This document shows, in pieces, positions 63,800 through 64,000 of a stretch of DNA of 64,000 nt (positions within the stretch are counted from its first letter, which is position 1; the number at the start of each line of letters is the position of its first letter). This DNA is from Felis catus (Eukaryota). The position numbers and the translations under genes are program-made. The notes under the pieces were generated by a model, which did not search any database, was not told the DNA's origin, and worked only from the letters and a program-made list of their open reading frames with translations. The DNA is taken from NCBI RefSeq assembly GCF_018350175.1, contig NC_058368.1, forward strand, positions 93,188,001-93,252,000, in the 5' to 3' direction.

Positions 63800-64000
63800 A
63801 TGTCATTCACTAGGAAAAATTCACAGGTTCACAGCTAGGAACCACAGGACTCAGCAGGCAGCTGTACTCACAGCTAAGGCTTGTTATGGTAGAAGGATAT
63901 TAGTAAGGGAAAGACACTTGGGTGGAGCCTGAAGAAACCCATATGCCAGCTCCTTTATGCTCTCTGCTTCCTTAGAAGGCACTCACAGTGAGCATGCTCT
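63800..64000 (-). mobile_element. ERVL-type LTR (MER77/MER68/MER21-like), running off the window
   Basis: cacaggactcagc...tgtactcacagctaag...gggaaagacac...tttatgctctct. Confidence 0.6.

Noticed and set aside
1..64000. CRISPR arrays, prokaryotic operons, functional tRNA/rRNA genes
   Set aside because: No regularly spaced repeat-spacer array or gene-dense segment; the tRNA-like A/B boxes all belong to SINE heads

Overview
This is AT-rich mammalian, non-prokaryotic DNA from a feliform carnivore, most likely a felid: it carries about 26 tRNA-derived Can-SINEs, many with the feliform-type gctgacagctcagagcctggagcc body, plus cat-type L1 elements. About half of the window is interspersed repeat: old L1M/L1ME fragments, L2, MIR, MaLR/ERV LTRs, Tigger/hAT DNA transposons and carnivore-era L1s. 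I recognise no host protein-coding exon, RNA gene or CRISPR array; every long ORF is L1-, SINE- or microsatellite-derived. Repeat family names come from my recall of consensus sequences, not a search. The most notable structures are: (1) a young full-length L1 (53612-59540, minus) with a TSD and only four reading-frame lesions plus an endonuclease active-site D-to-N change; (2) an older L1 (31065-35492, plus) whose 5'UTR-to-ORF1 junction looks like a spliced-RNA integrant, which has lost its endonuclease domain and carries a cluster of fold-back (inverted-templated) insertions; (3) a twin-primed, 5'-inverted L1 (43890-44703); (4) two SINEs inserted serially at the same site, leaving three TSD copies; (5) a candidate minus-strand exon ending in ATG (49970-50038) beside a CpG-enriched unique segment. 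I found no clearly novel biological system.
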